Shown one piece after another: positions 49,949 to 60,269 of a stretch of DNA of 64,000 nt. The notes beneath the pieces were generated by a model. The model did not search any database. It was given only the letters and a program-made list of their open reading frames with translations, and was not told the origin of the DNA. Where the stretch lies: assembly GCA_963666345.1 (NCBI GenBank), contig OY762721.1:3168001-3232000 (forward strand), written 5' to 3'. This DNA comes from Desulfatiglandales bacterium (GTDB lineage: Bacteria; Desulfobacterota; DSM-4660; Desulfatiglandales; Desulfatiglandaceae). The stretch's first letter is position 1. Each line of letters starts with the position of its first letter. The position numbers were made by a program, and so were the translations under genes.

Positions 49949-50467
49949 TTATTCTAAAAGCCTTTTAAACAGCTCCCGGTAGGCGTCAAATACCCGGTTT
50001 CCGAAACAGACGAACCTTATCTCTTTGAGGGCGGTATCCGTTTCAAGGACCCTCTTGGTCTCCTCAAGGGCTATTTCCGCTGCCCTTTTAAGGGGAAAAC
50101 CGTACGCCCCTGTACTGATGGAGGGAAATGCTACAGACTCTATGCCGAGTTTTTCCGCGGCCTTGTAGCAGTTCCTGTAACAGTCTGAAAGGAGTCTGTC
50201 CTCGTTTCTGTTACCGCCCGACCATACCGGGCCTACCGTGTGTATTATCCATTTGGCGGGAAGCCTGTATGCCCTGCTGACCCTGACCTCTCCTGTCGGA
50301 CACCCTCCTATCTTGCGGGTCTCTTCGAGAAGTTCCGGCCCTGCGGCCCTGTGGATTGCGCCATCCACTCCTCCTCCCCCCAGAAGAGAGGTGTTGGCGG
50401 CATTGACTAGGGCATCCACCTCCTGCCTGGTGATATCACCTTCGATGATGTCTATTTTTCCCTTCAT
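49949..50467 (-). CDS. ymdB: Macro domain O-acetyl-ADP-ribose deacetylase
   Basis: GDIT, NAAN..L.GGGGVDGAIH.AAG, HTVGP, FPSISTGAYG. Confidence 0.93.
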   Translation of the reverse strand: MKGKIDIIEGDITRQEVDALVNAANTSLLGGGGVDGAIHRAAGPELLEETRKIGGCPTGEVRVSRAYRLPAKWIIHTVGPVWSGGNRNEDRLLSDCYRNCYKAAEKLGIESVAFPSISTGAYGFPLKRAAEIALEETKRVLETDTALKEIRFVCFGNRVFDAYRELFKRLLE

Positions 50468-51007
50468 GGGTCCGTCCCTCCCTTTTAATCGTCAAAAGAG
50501 GCTTCATGATAGTTGGCGAAAACATCCTGTGATAATTTTCATCTATGCTTGATTTGATAAAAGTTACATGAGCTTGTCTGTTTTTGTCAAATCATGATGG
50601 TTGGTCCGGATAAAATCATTTCATGATAGAAGAGCCGTTTTTTTTGGCCGATTCAGGTAAAAGCGGCTCTGATAATATTTTTTTTAAGACTTGAAAAAAA
50701 AATTGACATCCTATAGGTAAGGGCTGCGGATGGATTAAAGGGTCAAAAGGGCTCATAATCTTTTCCGGAAGAAATTTGTGCTTAATAATTGATTTTAAAT
50801 TTTATGTATTATATTAATCGCATTGCTGTATTTATATTCATTAATATCTTATTGAATTATGTTAGTGTTAAATGATTTTTATGAACGTCATGATGATTAT
50901 TTATAGGTGATTATGTTGATTGAACTATCTTGTATTTAATTACAGTTATCGGATTACATATAAATATAAATCTTTAAAAAAGAGAAACTTGGTTATGGAG
51001 GGAATAA

Positions 51008-51844
51008 ATGTTTGAAATATTAAGACGTGAGGAAATGGCTGATGGTACGGTTGTGATGAATGAGATCAGTGCCCCTCTCATTGCAAAAAATGCAAAGCCC
51101 GGTCAATTTGTCATCCTAAAGGCAAACGAGACTGGCGAGCGAGTCCCCCTTACCATGGCTGACAGTGACCCGGTAAAAGGTACTGTAACCGTCATGTACC
51201 AGGTTGTGGGAAAATCGACGATGTTGTTCAAATCTCTTCAGACGGGAGATCGTTTCCAGGATGTGATAGGCCCTCTGGGGAAGGCTACGCATCTGGAAAA
51301 GGTGGGAAACGTGGTATGCGTGGGAGGAGGGACAGGAGTCGCGGTCCTGCACCCCATTACCAGGGCACTCAAGGAGATGGGAAACAATGTCAAGGCTATC
51401 ATAGGAGCCAGGACAAAGGATCTGCTTATCCTTGAAGAAAAGATGAAGTCCGCATCTCATGAACTGCATGTCTGCACGGACGACGGCTCATACGGTCATC
51501 ACGGTTTTGTAACGGATGTGCTGAAGGATATCCTTGAAAAACATGACATAAAACTGGTTGTGGGAATAGGACCGGTTCCGATGATGAGGTTCGTGTGCAA
51601 GGTCACGGAGCAGTATAAGGTAAAGACCCTTGTCAGTCTCAACGCGATAATGGTTGACGGTACTGGTATGTGCGGCTGCTGCCGTGTGACTGTCGATGGA
51701 AAGACAAAATTTGCGTGTGTCGACGGTCCTGAATTCGACGGGCATAAGGTTGACTTTGACGTGCTGGCACAGCGACTGGAAGCCTACAAAGAGGAAGAGG
51801 CCTCGGCAGTGGAAAAATACAATAACGACTGCAAGCTGGGATAG
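51008..51844 (+). CDS. nfnA: Electron-bifurcating transhydrogenase small subunit
   Basis: PGQF, GER.PLT, GPLG, GGG.G.A, MVDGTGMCG.CR...ACVDGPEFD (2Fe-2S). Confidence 0.92.
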   Translation: MFEILRREEMADGTVVMNEISAPLIAKNAKPGQFVILKANETGERVPLTMADSDPVKGTVTVMYQVVGKSTMLFKSLQTGDRFQDVIGPLGKATHLEKVGNVVCVGGGTGVAVLHPITRALKEMGNNVKAIIGARTKDLLILEEKMKSASHELHVCTDDGSYGHHGFVTDVLKDILEKHDIKLVVGIGPVPMMRFVCKVTEQYKVKTLVSLNAIMVDGTGMCGCCRVTVDGKTKFACVDGPEFDGHKVDFDVLAQRLEAYKEEEASAVEKYNNDCKLG

Positions 51845-51927
51845 CCCCGCACGATAGTTCTGTTTTCATGATTTTTGATGCTACACAGATTGAGTGAAAG
51901 ACCCGAGAGGGCTACAGGGAGGAAAAT

Positions 51928-53340
51928 ATGGCGGAAAAACAGGGTAAGAAAGAAAAAATTCCAAGGCAGATAATGCCTGAGCAGAAGCCTGAAGTAAGAA
52001 GAAGAAATTTTAAGGAAGTACCTACCGGTCTTACAGAGGATTTGGCGCTTAAAGAGGCTGCCAGATGTCTCCAGTGCAAGAAGCCTTCCTGTGTGGAAGG
52101 TTGTCCTGTATCAGTTGATATCCCCGGCTTTATCGCGTTGATCAAGGAAGGGGAATTTACCGGTTCTATCCGAAAGATATGGGAGAAAAACGCTTTGCCC
52201 GCGATATGCGGCAGGGTATGCCCCCAGGAAATACAGTGCGAGGGAAGCTGTATACTTGCCAAGAAGGGGGACCCGGTAGGAATAGGTAATCTTGAAAGAT
52301 TCGTGGCCGACCGCGAGCGCATGCACGGGAAAGGTGAACTGCCTCCCAAGGCCGCATCGACGGGGAAAAGGGTCGCTGTTATCGGATCGGGGCCTTCAGG
52401 CCTTACCGTGGCGGGGGATCTTATCCTAAAAGGCCATGACGTAACGATATTCGAGGCCTTCCACAAACCTGGCGGGGTCCTCGTCTACGGTATCCCGGAA
52501 TTCCGTCTTCCAAAGGAGATAGTGTATTCCGAAGTCAATTTTCTGGAACGCCTTGGAGCAAAACTTGAGATCAATACGGTAGTGGGAAGGACCGTATCCC
52601 TGGATGAACTTTTTGAACAGGGTTTTGACGCCGTCTATGTCGGAGTCGGTGCAGGCCTTCCACGCTTCCTGAATGTTCCGGGAGAAAACCTGATCGGAAT
52701 CTATTCGGCCAATGAATACCTCACAAGGGCGAATTTGATGAAGGCCTACCTGTTCCCCGAATATGATACCCCCATTGCCAAGGGAAAGGATGTCGTGGTG
52801 CTCGGGGCCGGAAACGTGGCAATGGATTCGGCAAGAACCGCCATGAGGCTGGGCGCCGATCGTGTACGGATTGTCTACAGGAGATCACGCGAAGAAATGC
52901 CGGCAAGGGCTGCGGAAATCCATCATGCCGAAGAAGAGGGTATCGAGTTTCATCTGCTTACCGCTCCCACCAGATTCATCGGAGATGAAAAGGGGCGCGT
53001 AAACTCAATGGAATGCCTCCAGATGAAGCTTGGAGAGCCTGATGAATCGGGGCGAAGAAGTCCGGTGCCCATTGAAGGATCCAAGTTCAATATCGAATGC
53101 GACCTTGTGGTTATCGCGGTGGGTGCGGGGGCCAACCCTCTGCTTACGCAATCTACCGATGGGCTTGAAATGAACAAATGGGGTTACATCATAGCCGATC
53201 CCAAGACGGGCAAAACCAGCAAGCACGGAGTTTGGGCCGGAGGCGATATAGTTACGGGGCAGGCCACGGTTATCCTTGCAATGGGAGCAGGCAGGGCAGC
53301 TTCCGATTCCATGCATGACTTTTTGACCCTTGGATGGTAA
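51928..53340 (+). CDS. nfnB: Electron-bifurcating transhydrogenase large subunit (GltD-like)
   Basis: RCLQC...C..GCP, CGRVCPQE.QCE, GSGPSG, YGIPEFRLP, GAGNVAMD; directly after nfnA. Confidence 0.92.
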   Translation: MAEKQGKKEKIPRQIMPEQKPEVRRRNFKEVPTGLTEDLALKEAARCLQCKKPSCVEGCPVSVDIPGFIALIKEGEFTGSIRKIWEKNALPAICGRVCPQEIQCEGSCILAKKGDPVGIGNLERFVADRERMHGKGELPPKAASTGKRVAVIGSGPSGLTVAGDLILKGHDVTIFEAFHKPGGVLVYGIPEFRLPKEIVYSEVNFLERLGAKLEINTVVGRTVSLDELFEQGFDAVYVGVGAGLPRFLNVPGENLIGIYSANEYLTRANLMKAYLFPEYDTPIAKGKDVVVLGAGNVAMDSARTAMRLGADRVRIVYRRSREEMPARAAEIHHAEEEGIEFHLLTAPTRFIGDEKGRVNSMECLQMKLGEPDESGRRSPVPIEGSKFNIECDLVVIAVGAGANPLLTQSTDGLEMNKWGYIIADPKTGKTSKHGVWAGGDIVTGQATVILAMGAGRAASDSMHDFLTLGW

Positions 53341-53367
53341 GGATCGGATATAAACGGTAATTATCAT

Positions 53368-53419
53368 ACTCCTTCATTTCAGGATGTCATTCAGGTCTTG
53401 AAATGGAGGAGTTTTTTTT
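53368..53419 (+). terminator. Rho-independent terminator after nfnB
   Basis: ACTCCTTCATTTCA / TGAAATGGAGGAGT stem followed by a T tract. Confidence 0.7.
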
Positions 53420-53847
53420 ATTTTGATAATCCGGTTTATAATTGAACCGGCCCTCCGGATAAAGATTTATATAAAATTATGTATTAATCTAGTATGATTA
53501 ATCGTGTGGAAAGGGGGCGGGGGGGCAAGGGTTCAGAAGCGGGCGATTTCAGAAATTCCCTTTACCCGCACGATTCCACAACCTTAGTCACTTAAAATAT
53601 CAGTCGGTGCTATCAGCGCTCGGCTTTCGGCAGTCAGAAAAAGCGATGAAGCATGCCGTTAAGCTCAATGCTGATGGCTGAGCGCTCCATCCGGAAGTCT
53701 TTGATTTATGAATGACAGGCGCTTCCGATCCATTAAGGCAAAAGCATTTTGCTTTAAACCCGGCCTGAAAACCGGGGTTTTCGTAATGAAATAGATTTAT
53801 AAAACCGGCTGCATCCGGCGGGTGCGGCAAGGAAAGGCTTTTCAGGT

Positions 53848-55647
53848 ATGATTCAGATAAGAAATTTCAGCATAATAGCCCACATAGACCATGGGAAATC
53901 AACCCTTGCCGATCGTTTCATACAGGCGACGGGTTTGGTGGGGACGAGGGAATTTCGCGAACAGATGCTCGACAATATGGATATAGAACGTGAGAGGGGT
54001 ATTACGATAAAGAGCCAGGCCATTTCACTTCCCTACAGGAGCAGGGATGGAGAAGAATTTGAGCTCAATCTGATCGATACTCCCGGTCATGTCGATTTTT
54101 CCTATGAAGTATCACGCGCGCTTGCCTCCTGTGAGGGGGTTTTGCTGCTCATAGATGCCGCGCAGGGGGTCGAGGCCCAGACGGTAGCTAATCTGTATGC
54201 CGCGATGGAGCAGGATCTGGAGATAATTCCAGTTATCAACAAGATTGATCTTCCTTCCGCCGACATAGAAAGGGTAAGGGAGGAGATCGAGATCGACCTG
54301 GGGCTTGATTCCGACACGGCCATCCTCTGCTCCGCCAAGGAGGGTACAGGCATTGAAGAGGTTCTTGAGGCGATTGTTGACATGATACCTGCACCTGAAA
54401 CAAAAACGGATGACCCTCTGAGTGCGCTTATCTTCGACGCCCGGTACGATCCTTTCAGGGGCACGGTCGTAAGCTGCAGGGTTTTTTCAGGCAGCTTGGG
54501 AGAGGGCGATATCATAAGGCTTATGTCAAACGGCGCGAACTATAAGGTCGAGGAGGTAGGCCTTTTCAGGGTGACACGGGAGAAGAAGAAGCGCCTTTCC
54601 GCGGGCGAGGTGGGTTATGTTATAGCGGGTATAAAAACCGTGGCGGATACCAGGGTTGGGGATACGATAACGCTTGAGAACAATCCCGTAGCCGAACCGC
54701 AGCCCGGCTTCAAAGATGTCAAGCCTGTAGTGTTTTCATCCGTCTACCCTGTGGCATCGGACGATTACCCGTCCCTTACGGATGCCCTCGAAAAATACAA
54801 GCTCAATGACGCGGCGCTTGCCTACCAGAAAGATTCGTCGGCAGCGCTCGGAATGGGTTTTCGTTGCGGCTTTCTGGGTCTTCTGCACCTGGAGATTGTC
54901 CAGGAGCGTCTTGAAAGGGAATTCGGGCAATCCATAATAATGACGACCCCGACCGTGGAATACCGCTTTACGCTTTCGGACGGGGAGGTCATTATAATCG
55001 ATAATCCCACCTATTACCCCGACCCCGGCTCCATCGTGAGATCCGAGGAACCCTTTATCCGGGCCGGCATTCTGATACCGGAGCGCTATATGGGTTCGGT
55101 CATGGACCTGTGCAGGGAAAGAAGAGGGGTGAATCCGAAATTCAACTATCCGACAACGGGAAGGGTGGAGATCCAGTTTGACATGCCGCTGGCGGAGGTC
55201 ATCTATGACTTCTATGACAGGCTCAAGACCGTCACACAGGGGTATGGTTCGTTTGACTATGAACTGCTCGATTATCGTGAAAGCGATCTGGTTAAGCTCG
55301 ATATCCTTCTGAACGGAGAAAGGGTCGATGCGCTTGCCCAGATAGTTCACAGGGAAAAGGCAAGGCTGAGGGCCGTTAACGCCTGTAACAGGCTCAAGGA
55401 GGAGATCCCGAGGCACCTTTTCAAAATCGCGGTGCAGGGGGCTCTGGGCGGAACCATAATCGCCAGATCAACCATCTCGCCCTTTAGAAAAGATGTGACG
55501 GCAAAATGCTACGGTGGGGATATTTCAAGGAAGCGAAAGCTGCTTGAAAAGCAAAAAAAAGGCAAGAAGCGGATGAAAATGATAGGATCGGTCACCATCC
55601 CCCAGAGTGCCTTTGTTTCAGTGCTCAAGGGAGAAAAAAATGACTGA
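53848..55647 (+). CDS. lepA: Translation elongation factor 4
   Basis: IRNFSIIAHIDHGKSTLADR, GFRCGFLGLLH, RKDVTAKCYGGDISRKRKLLEKQK.GKK. Confidence 0.98.
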   Translation: MIQIRNFSIIAHIDHGKSTLADRFIQATGLVGTREFREQMLDNMDIERERGITIKSQAISLPYRSRDGEEFELNLIDTPGHVDFSYEVSRALASCEGVLLLIDAAQGVEAQTVANLYAAMEQDLEIIPVINKIDLPSADIERVREEIEIDLGLDSDTAILCSAKEGTGIEEVLEAIVDMIPAPETKTDDPLSALIFDARYDPFRGTVVSCRVFSGSLGEGDIIRLMSNGANYKVEEVGLFRVTREKKKRLSAGEVGYVIAGIKTVADTRVGDTITLENNPVAEPQPGFKDVKPVVFSSVYPVASDDYPSLTDALEKYKLNDAALAYQKDSSAALGMGFRCGFLGLLHLEIVQERLEREFGQSIIMTTPTVEYRFTLSDGEVIIIDNPTYYPDPGSIVRSEEPFIRAGILIPERYMGSVMDLCRERRGVNPKFNYPTTGRVEIQFDMPLAEVIYDFYDRLKTVTQGYGSFDYELLDYRESDLVKLDILLNGERVDALAQIVHREKARLRAVNACNRLKEEIPRHLFKIAVQGALGGTIIARSTISPFRKDVTAKCYGGDISRKRKLLEKQKKGKKRMKMIGSVTIPQSAFVSVLKGEKND

Positions 55648-55748
55648 ATCCAAAAAAAAATCTGCTCAAACGGAAGACCATCGGTATTCGTAAAGATCTC
55701 TGCCGTATTTAACCGCTTGATTCAAAACCAAAAGGGACACGGGTTGTT

Positions 55749-56858
55749 ATGGCTGAACCAGGCCTTTATGTTCATATCCCATTTTGCAGGAGCAAGTGCC
55801 CTTATTGCTCCTTTTATTCCATCGCTTCAACCTCCCTTGCGCCCCGCTGGCTCAAGGCGTTTGAAAGAGAGCTTGAACATTATAAGGGCCTCTTCAGATG
55901 CTATGACACCCTTTATATCGGGGGGGGGACGCCCACCTGTATCGGAATCGGGATGCTGGAGACTTTGATGAACGCCATCAACAGACAGGCATGTCTTAGT
56001 GCCGGAGCGGAGCTTACGATAGAGGCAAACCCGTGCGATCTTACAAGGGAAATGATTTCATTTCTGAAGGATGCCGGTTTTAACAGGGTCAGCCTTGGAG
56101 TTCAGTCATTTGATGACAATATCCTCGATTTTCTGGGAAGAAATCATAGCGGACTTGAAGCTGTAAAGGCCCTTGAAGAATTGCGTTCGCAGGGCATTGA
56201 AAACATCAGTATGGATTTTATCTACGGCCTTAGCGTTCAGAATACCGTTGAATGGGTAAAGGATCTTGGAACGGCCCTTTCCTTTCGCCCCGAGCATATC
56301 TCCTGTTACCAGCTGTCCATAGAGAAAAAGACCCTGTTTGACAGATTGAGGCAACGGGGGGAACTTGATCTTATTTCCGAAGAAGAGGAACGCGAATATT
56401 TCCTCTGCACCTCCCGTTTTCTGGAACAAAAGGGCTACATACATTATGAAATCTCCAGTTTCGCCAGGAACGAGGCCTGCCTTTCAAGGCATAACAGTAA
56501 ATATTGGTCAAGGGTGCCTTATCTCGGACTCGGCCCGTCGGCCCACTCCTATGACGGTACATCCAGATGGTGGAATGTCCGCTCAGTCAAAAAATATATA
56601 ACCGCTCTGGATAGCTTCATTCCCCCAGTGGATGAAAAGGAACTCATATCCCCGGAACAGGCAAGGATCGAATCCCTTTGCACCGGCATAAGGACCCTGA
56701 AGGGTTTTCCTTTGACGGATCTGTCCTCAGCCCCCGAGGCGTCGAAGAATCTCCTGAGACTGCAGGAGGGGGGATATATCCGTCTGAAAAGGGACAGGGC
56801 TATCCCCACGAAAAAGGGATTCCTTGTGGCGGACCGAATAGCGTTGCTCCTTTCCTGA
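55749..56858 (+). CDS. hemW: Radical SAM heme chaperone HemW (HemN-like)
   Basis: LYVHIPFC...C.YC, GGGTP, EANP, YEIS.F, HN..YW; follows lepA. Confidence 0.9.
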   Translation: MAEPGLYVHIPFCRSKCPYCSFYSIASTSLAPRWLKAFERELEHYKGLFRCYDTLYIGGGTPTCIGIGMLETLMNAINRQACLSAGAELTIEANPCDLTREMISFLKDAGFNRVSLGVQSFDDNILDFLGRNHSGLEAVKALEELRSQGIENISMDFIYGLSVQNTVEWVKDLGTALSFRPEHISCYQLSIEKKTLFDRLRQRGELDLISEEEEREYFLCTSRFLEQKGYIHYEISSFARNEACLSRHNSKYWSRVPYLGLGPSAHSYDGTSRWWNVRSVKKYITALDSFIPPVDEKELISPEQARIESLCTGIRTLKGFPLTDLSSAPEASKNLLRLQEGGYIRLKRDRAIPTKKGFLVADRIALLLS

Positions 56859-57032
56859 AGGCCCCCGGGTTTGATTCGTCATTCATTTAAATCCTGATAA
56901 ATTGATTAAAAAGCTTGCCTGTGATAAAAGAAAATATCGGTTTTTTGTTGGATGGTTTTTAGGTGTTATAAGGGAGAGCGAAAACCGACACCCGCACAAT
57001 GAGTTTTGTATCAAGATGAGGAAAATTTGACT

Positions 57033-59393
57033 ATGGAGACAGCTGAGATAGGTACAAAGAGAAAGGAGGCTGAGGTATATTATTCTATGGGCCTGCTTGA
57101 AGAATCCCTCGGCGTTTATGAAAAGATCCTTTCTTTATCCGATAATACCATGGATACCCAAGATAGGAATACGATACAAGAGAAGATCGGGCACATCAGA
57201 GACGAGATAACCACCCGAAGGCAGAGAGATGAAGAGGAGATGTCATCGGAAGGTGCCTCCTCGATAAAATCTTCCCTCAGCGAAAGCCGGGATGCAAAAG
57301 AGATCCTGGAAAATGCCTCCGCATTGATTGAGCTGGGCCTTGTTGAAGACGCGCTCAAGGAGTATGTAAAGGCCTTCGATCTTGACCTTCCCTCCCAAAA
57401 GGTACTCCATGAGTTTTCCCGAATAATGTCCAAGAAACATTCGCCAGGTGACATTATGGAATGGGTGGGTAAACTTATTGATCAAAAATGGGATGATAAT
57501 GAGGATAGGGCCGAGATCAGATTCCGGTTTGCCCTGGAAATGGAGAGCAGGGGAAACAAGGACCTGGCCTTCAATATTTATAAGGAAGCCTCAAAGATAG
57601 ACCCTTCCAACATGGAATTGAAGGAAAGGCTTGATTCTATTATCAAGGCCATGTTTTCAGGCTCAAGATATGACTATCTCCTTAATAAAAAACTGGTTAA
57701 TTCAGACCAGTTACAAAAGGCCCTGGCCATCTCCAGAAAGACGAGGAGAAGTGTCGAATTCGTCCTGATAGATCATTTCAAGATCCCCAAGAAGGAAATG
57801 GGGAAATCCCTGTCACTTTTCTATGGATGTCCATTCAAGGGTTTTGATTCAAAGATGCCCATTCCCGTGGAACTGATAAGAAATCTGAAGAAGACATTTT
57901 TACTCCATGACATATGGGTCCCTATAAATTGGAGCAGAGCCGGTGTTGAGATCCTGGTGGATGATCCTAAAGACCTTGGAAAGACGGGGCAGATAAGCGC
58001 CCTTATGAAGACGCGAAAGATCCTGTTTTGTGTCGGGATAAAGGAGGATATCGAACAGTTTATTCAGTATTTCTTTGAAAGGAAGAGGGAAAAACCTGTC
58101 GAAGAAATGATGGAAGAACTCGATATGATTCCCGATATCTCATTTGAGGAAGAAGAGGATCTCGAAGAGATAGCCGATGATCATGATGAGTCCTCCAGTC
58201 AGGTTGTCAGATTCGTTGACCAGTTTCTGATAACCGCATATCGTAAAAACGCCTCGGATATACATATTGAGCCTTCCCCCGTTACCAAAACAACGGGAAT
58301 ACGCTTCCGCCTGGACGGGGTATGCCATGAATATATGCAGGTTCCGAATTCCATGGCAAGGGGGATACTCTCAAGGCTCAAGATAATGGCAGGCCTGGAT
58401 ATCGCGGAAAGGCGACTTCCACAGGACGGAAAGATCAAATTCAGGAGAAAGGGTGTGCCGGCCTTTGAAATGAGGATGGCCACCATCCCTACGACCGGTG
58501 GCTTTGAAGATGCCGTCCTGAGAATACTCGCAAAGGCAGGCGCGATGATGCTGGACGAGATGGGTTTGAGTGAAAGGAATTTGGACGCCCTTCTTAAGAT
58601 ATTATCTCAGCCCTATGGCCTGATTCTTGTCGTGGGTCCGACCGGTTCAGGAAAAACCACTACCCTTCACGCGGCCCTGGGTCATATCAATAAGCCGGGA
58701 ATAAAGATATGGACTGCGGAGGACCCTGTGGAAATAACCCAGCATGGCCTCAGACAGGTGGAGGTAAAATCAAAAATAGGGCTTGATTTCGCAAGGGTGA
58801 TGAGGGCTTTTTTGAGGGCCGATCCTGATGTCATCATGATCGGTGAGATGCGTGACTATGAAACTGCCTCCACTGGTGTTGAGGCCTCACTTACCGGCCA
58901 TCTTGTCTTTTCCACCCTTCACACCAACAGCGCTCCGGAGACGGTTACAAGGCTGCTCGACATGGGCCTGAATCCGCTCAATTTCTCCGACGCCTTTCTG
59001 GGAGTTCTCGCCCAGCGTCTGGTGAGAAGGCTTTGCAACAACTGCAAGGAAAAATATAACCCATCAAAAGATGAATTCGAAGAACTGGTAAAAGAGTACG
59101 GCGAAGAGGCGTTCAAGAGTACAGGTATTCGGTACTCGTCAGACATTGCACTGTATCGTGCCAAGGGATGTGACAAGTGCTCCGAAAGCGGATATAAGGG
59201 AAGAATGGGAATTCATGAGTTCATGGTAGGTTCAAATGAGATAAAAAGGCTTGTCAAAAAGGCCGCTACTTCAGAAGATCTTTTCCGGCAGGCCAAAGCC
59301 GAAGGCATGACGACCCTTAAACAGGACGGATTGTTAAAGGTTTTTCAGGGATTTACCGACATAAATGAGATCAGGAGAGTCTGTATCGAGTAG
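57033..59393 (+). CDS. PilB/GspE-family ATPase with N-terminal TPR-like extension
   Basis: ASDIHIEP, ERRLPQDG, GPTGSGKTT, EDPVE, DPDVIMIGEMRD, STLHTN, CNNC/CDKC; about 200-aa helical-repeat N-terminus. Confidence 0.92.
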   Translation: METAEIGTKRKEAEVYYSMGLLEESLGVYEKILSLSDNTMDTQDRNTIQEKIGHIRDEITTRRQRDEEEMSSEGASSIKSSLSESRDAKEILENASALIELGLVEDALKEYVKAFDLDLPSQKVLHEFSRIMSKKHSPGDIMEWVGKLIDQKWDDNEDRAEIRFRFALEMESRGNKDLAFNIYKEASKIDPSNMELKERLDSIIKAMFSGSRYDYLLNKKLVNSDQLQKALAISRKTRRSVEFVLIDHFKIPKKEMGKSLSLFYGCPFKGFDSKMPIPVELIRNLKKTFLLHDIWVPINWSRAGVEILVDDPKDLGKTGQISALMKTRKILFCVGIKEDIEQFIQYFFERKREKPVEEMMEELDMIPDISFEEEEDLEEIADDHDESSSQVVRFVDQFLITAYRKNASDIHIEPSPVTKTTGIRFRLDGVCHEYMQVPNSMARGILSRLKIMAGLDIAERRLPQDGKIKFRRKGVPAFEMRMATIPTTGGFEDAVLRILAKAGAMMLDEMGLSERNLDALLKILSQPYGLILVVGPTGSGKTTTLHAALGHINKPGIKIWTAEDPVEITQHGLRQVEVKSKIGLDFARVMRAFLRADPDVIMIGEMRDYETASTGVEASLTGHLVFSTLHTNSAPETVTRLLDMGLNPLNFSDAFLGVLAQRLVRRLCNNCKEKYNPSKDEFEELVKEYGEEAFKSTGIRYSSDIALYRAKGCDKCSESGYKGRMGIHEFMVGSNEIKRLVKKAATSEDLFRQAKAEGMTTLKQDGLLKVFQGFTDINEIRRVCIE

Positions 59394-59459
59394 GAATATT
59401 TATCGGGTCAATCTGTGTTTTAACCGTATCAATTATCACAAACAGCCTTTGTAAAGGTA

Positions 59460-60269
59460 ATGAAGATGTCTCGAAAAGTCCTGGTAGTAGACAATGATTT
59501 TTTCTTCGTTGAATTTTTGGCCGAACTCCTTGAAAACCGAGGCTATAAAGTCATAAAGGCCTATGACGGAAAGGAGGGGCTGGAGCGGTTTGATGAAAAT
59601 CAGTTTGATCTGGTTTTTTGTGACATTATCATGCCGAAGATAGACGGAGGTCTGTTTATAAATATAATAAGAAAGAGATATCCTGATGCCTCATTTCCTA
59701 TAATAGCCCTTTCGGATCTGATAATTGAACAACTGGGTGACGTCAAAAAGCTGAAGGCGGATTACTATATACCGAAGGGGCCTATGGAGGAGATGGGAAA
59801 GGAACTTGAAACGCTCCTCGACAGGATAGAAAAGGATCCCCTGCCTTTTCAGGACAAGGAGGAGTTCTTTGAAAGGGACAACCTGTACCCCAGACAGGCA
59901 TCGGTGGAACTTATGGAAAGCCTCAATTTTCAGAAGTCTATTATCGAAAGTATCGGGGTAGGAATAGTAGTCGTGGACAAGGATGCCAAAGTAATAGGCT
60001 CCAACGGGGCGGCCCTCGAAATTTTAAAAAAGTCGATGGAACAGGTCTTGAACAATAAGATCATCAATGTTTTCCCGGAAAACTGTAAGGCAAAACTGGT
60101 GCAGTCCCTGAAACAGGTGATCCAGGATCAGGATGTAAAAAACAGTGCCTTTGCATTCAAATACAAAGACAAAAACATAGGCGTTATCGTCTCTGTTTTG
60201 AGATTGGAAGGAGAGATCGCCGGATGGACAATAACCATGGAGGACACGGAATGGGCAGAACAAGCATAA
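59460..60269 (+). CDS. Response regulator receiver plus PAS domain protein (no output domain)
   Basis: 'VLVVDND', 'DIIMP..DG', Lys in 'IPKG'; C-terminal 'IIESI.VGIVVVD....V...N.AA' PAS. Confidence 0.85.
   Translation: MKMSRKVLVVDNDFFFVEFLAELLENRGYKVIKAYDGKEGLERFDENQFDLVFCDIIMPKIDGGLFINIIRKRYPDASFPIIALSDLIIEQLGDVKKLKADYYIPKGPMEEMGKELETLLDRIEKDPLPFQDKEEFFERDNLYPRQASVELMESLNFQKSIIESIGVGIVVVDKDAKVIGSNGAALEILKKSMEQVLNNKIINVFPENCKAKLVQSLKQVIQDQDVKNSAFAFKYKDKNIGVIVSVLRLEGEIAGWTITMEDTEWAEQA

Noticed and set aside
50480..51000. Rex operator upstream of nfnAB (repeated TCATGAT, very AT-rich)
   Set aside because: No convincing TTGTGAA-N4-TTCACAA match; the short repeats could be chance in AT-rich DNA
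51928..53340. Glutamate synthase small subunit
   Set aside because: No gltB is adjacent; pairing with the upstream NfnA-type gene indicates NfnAB
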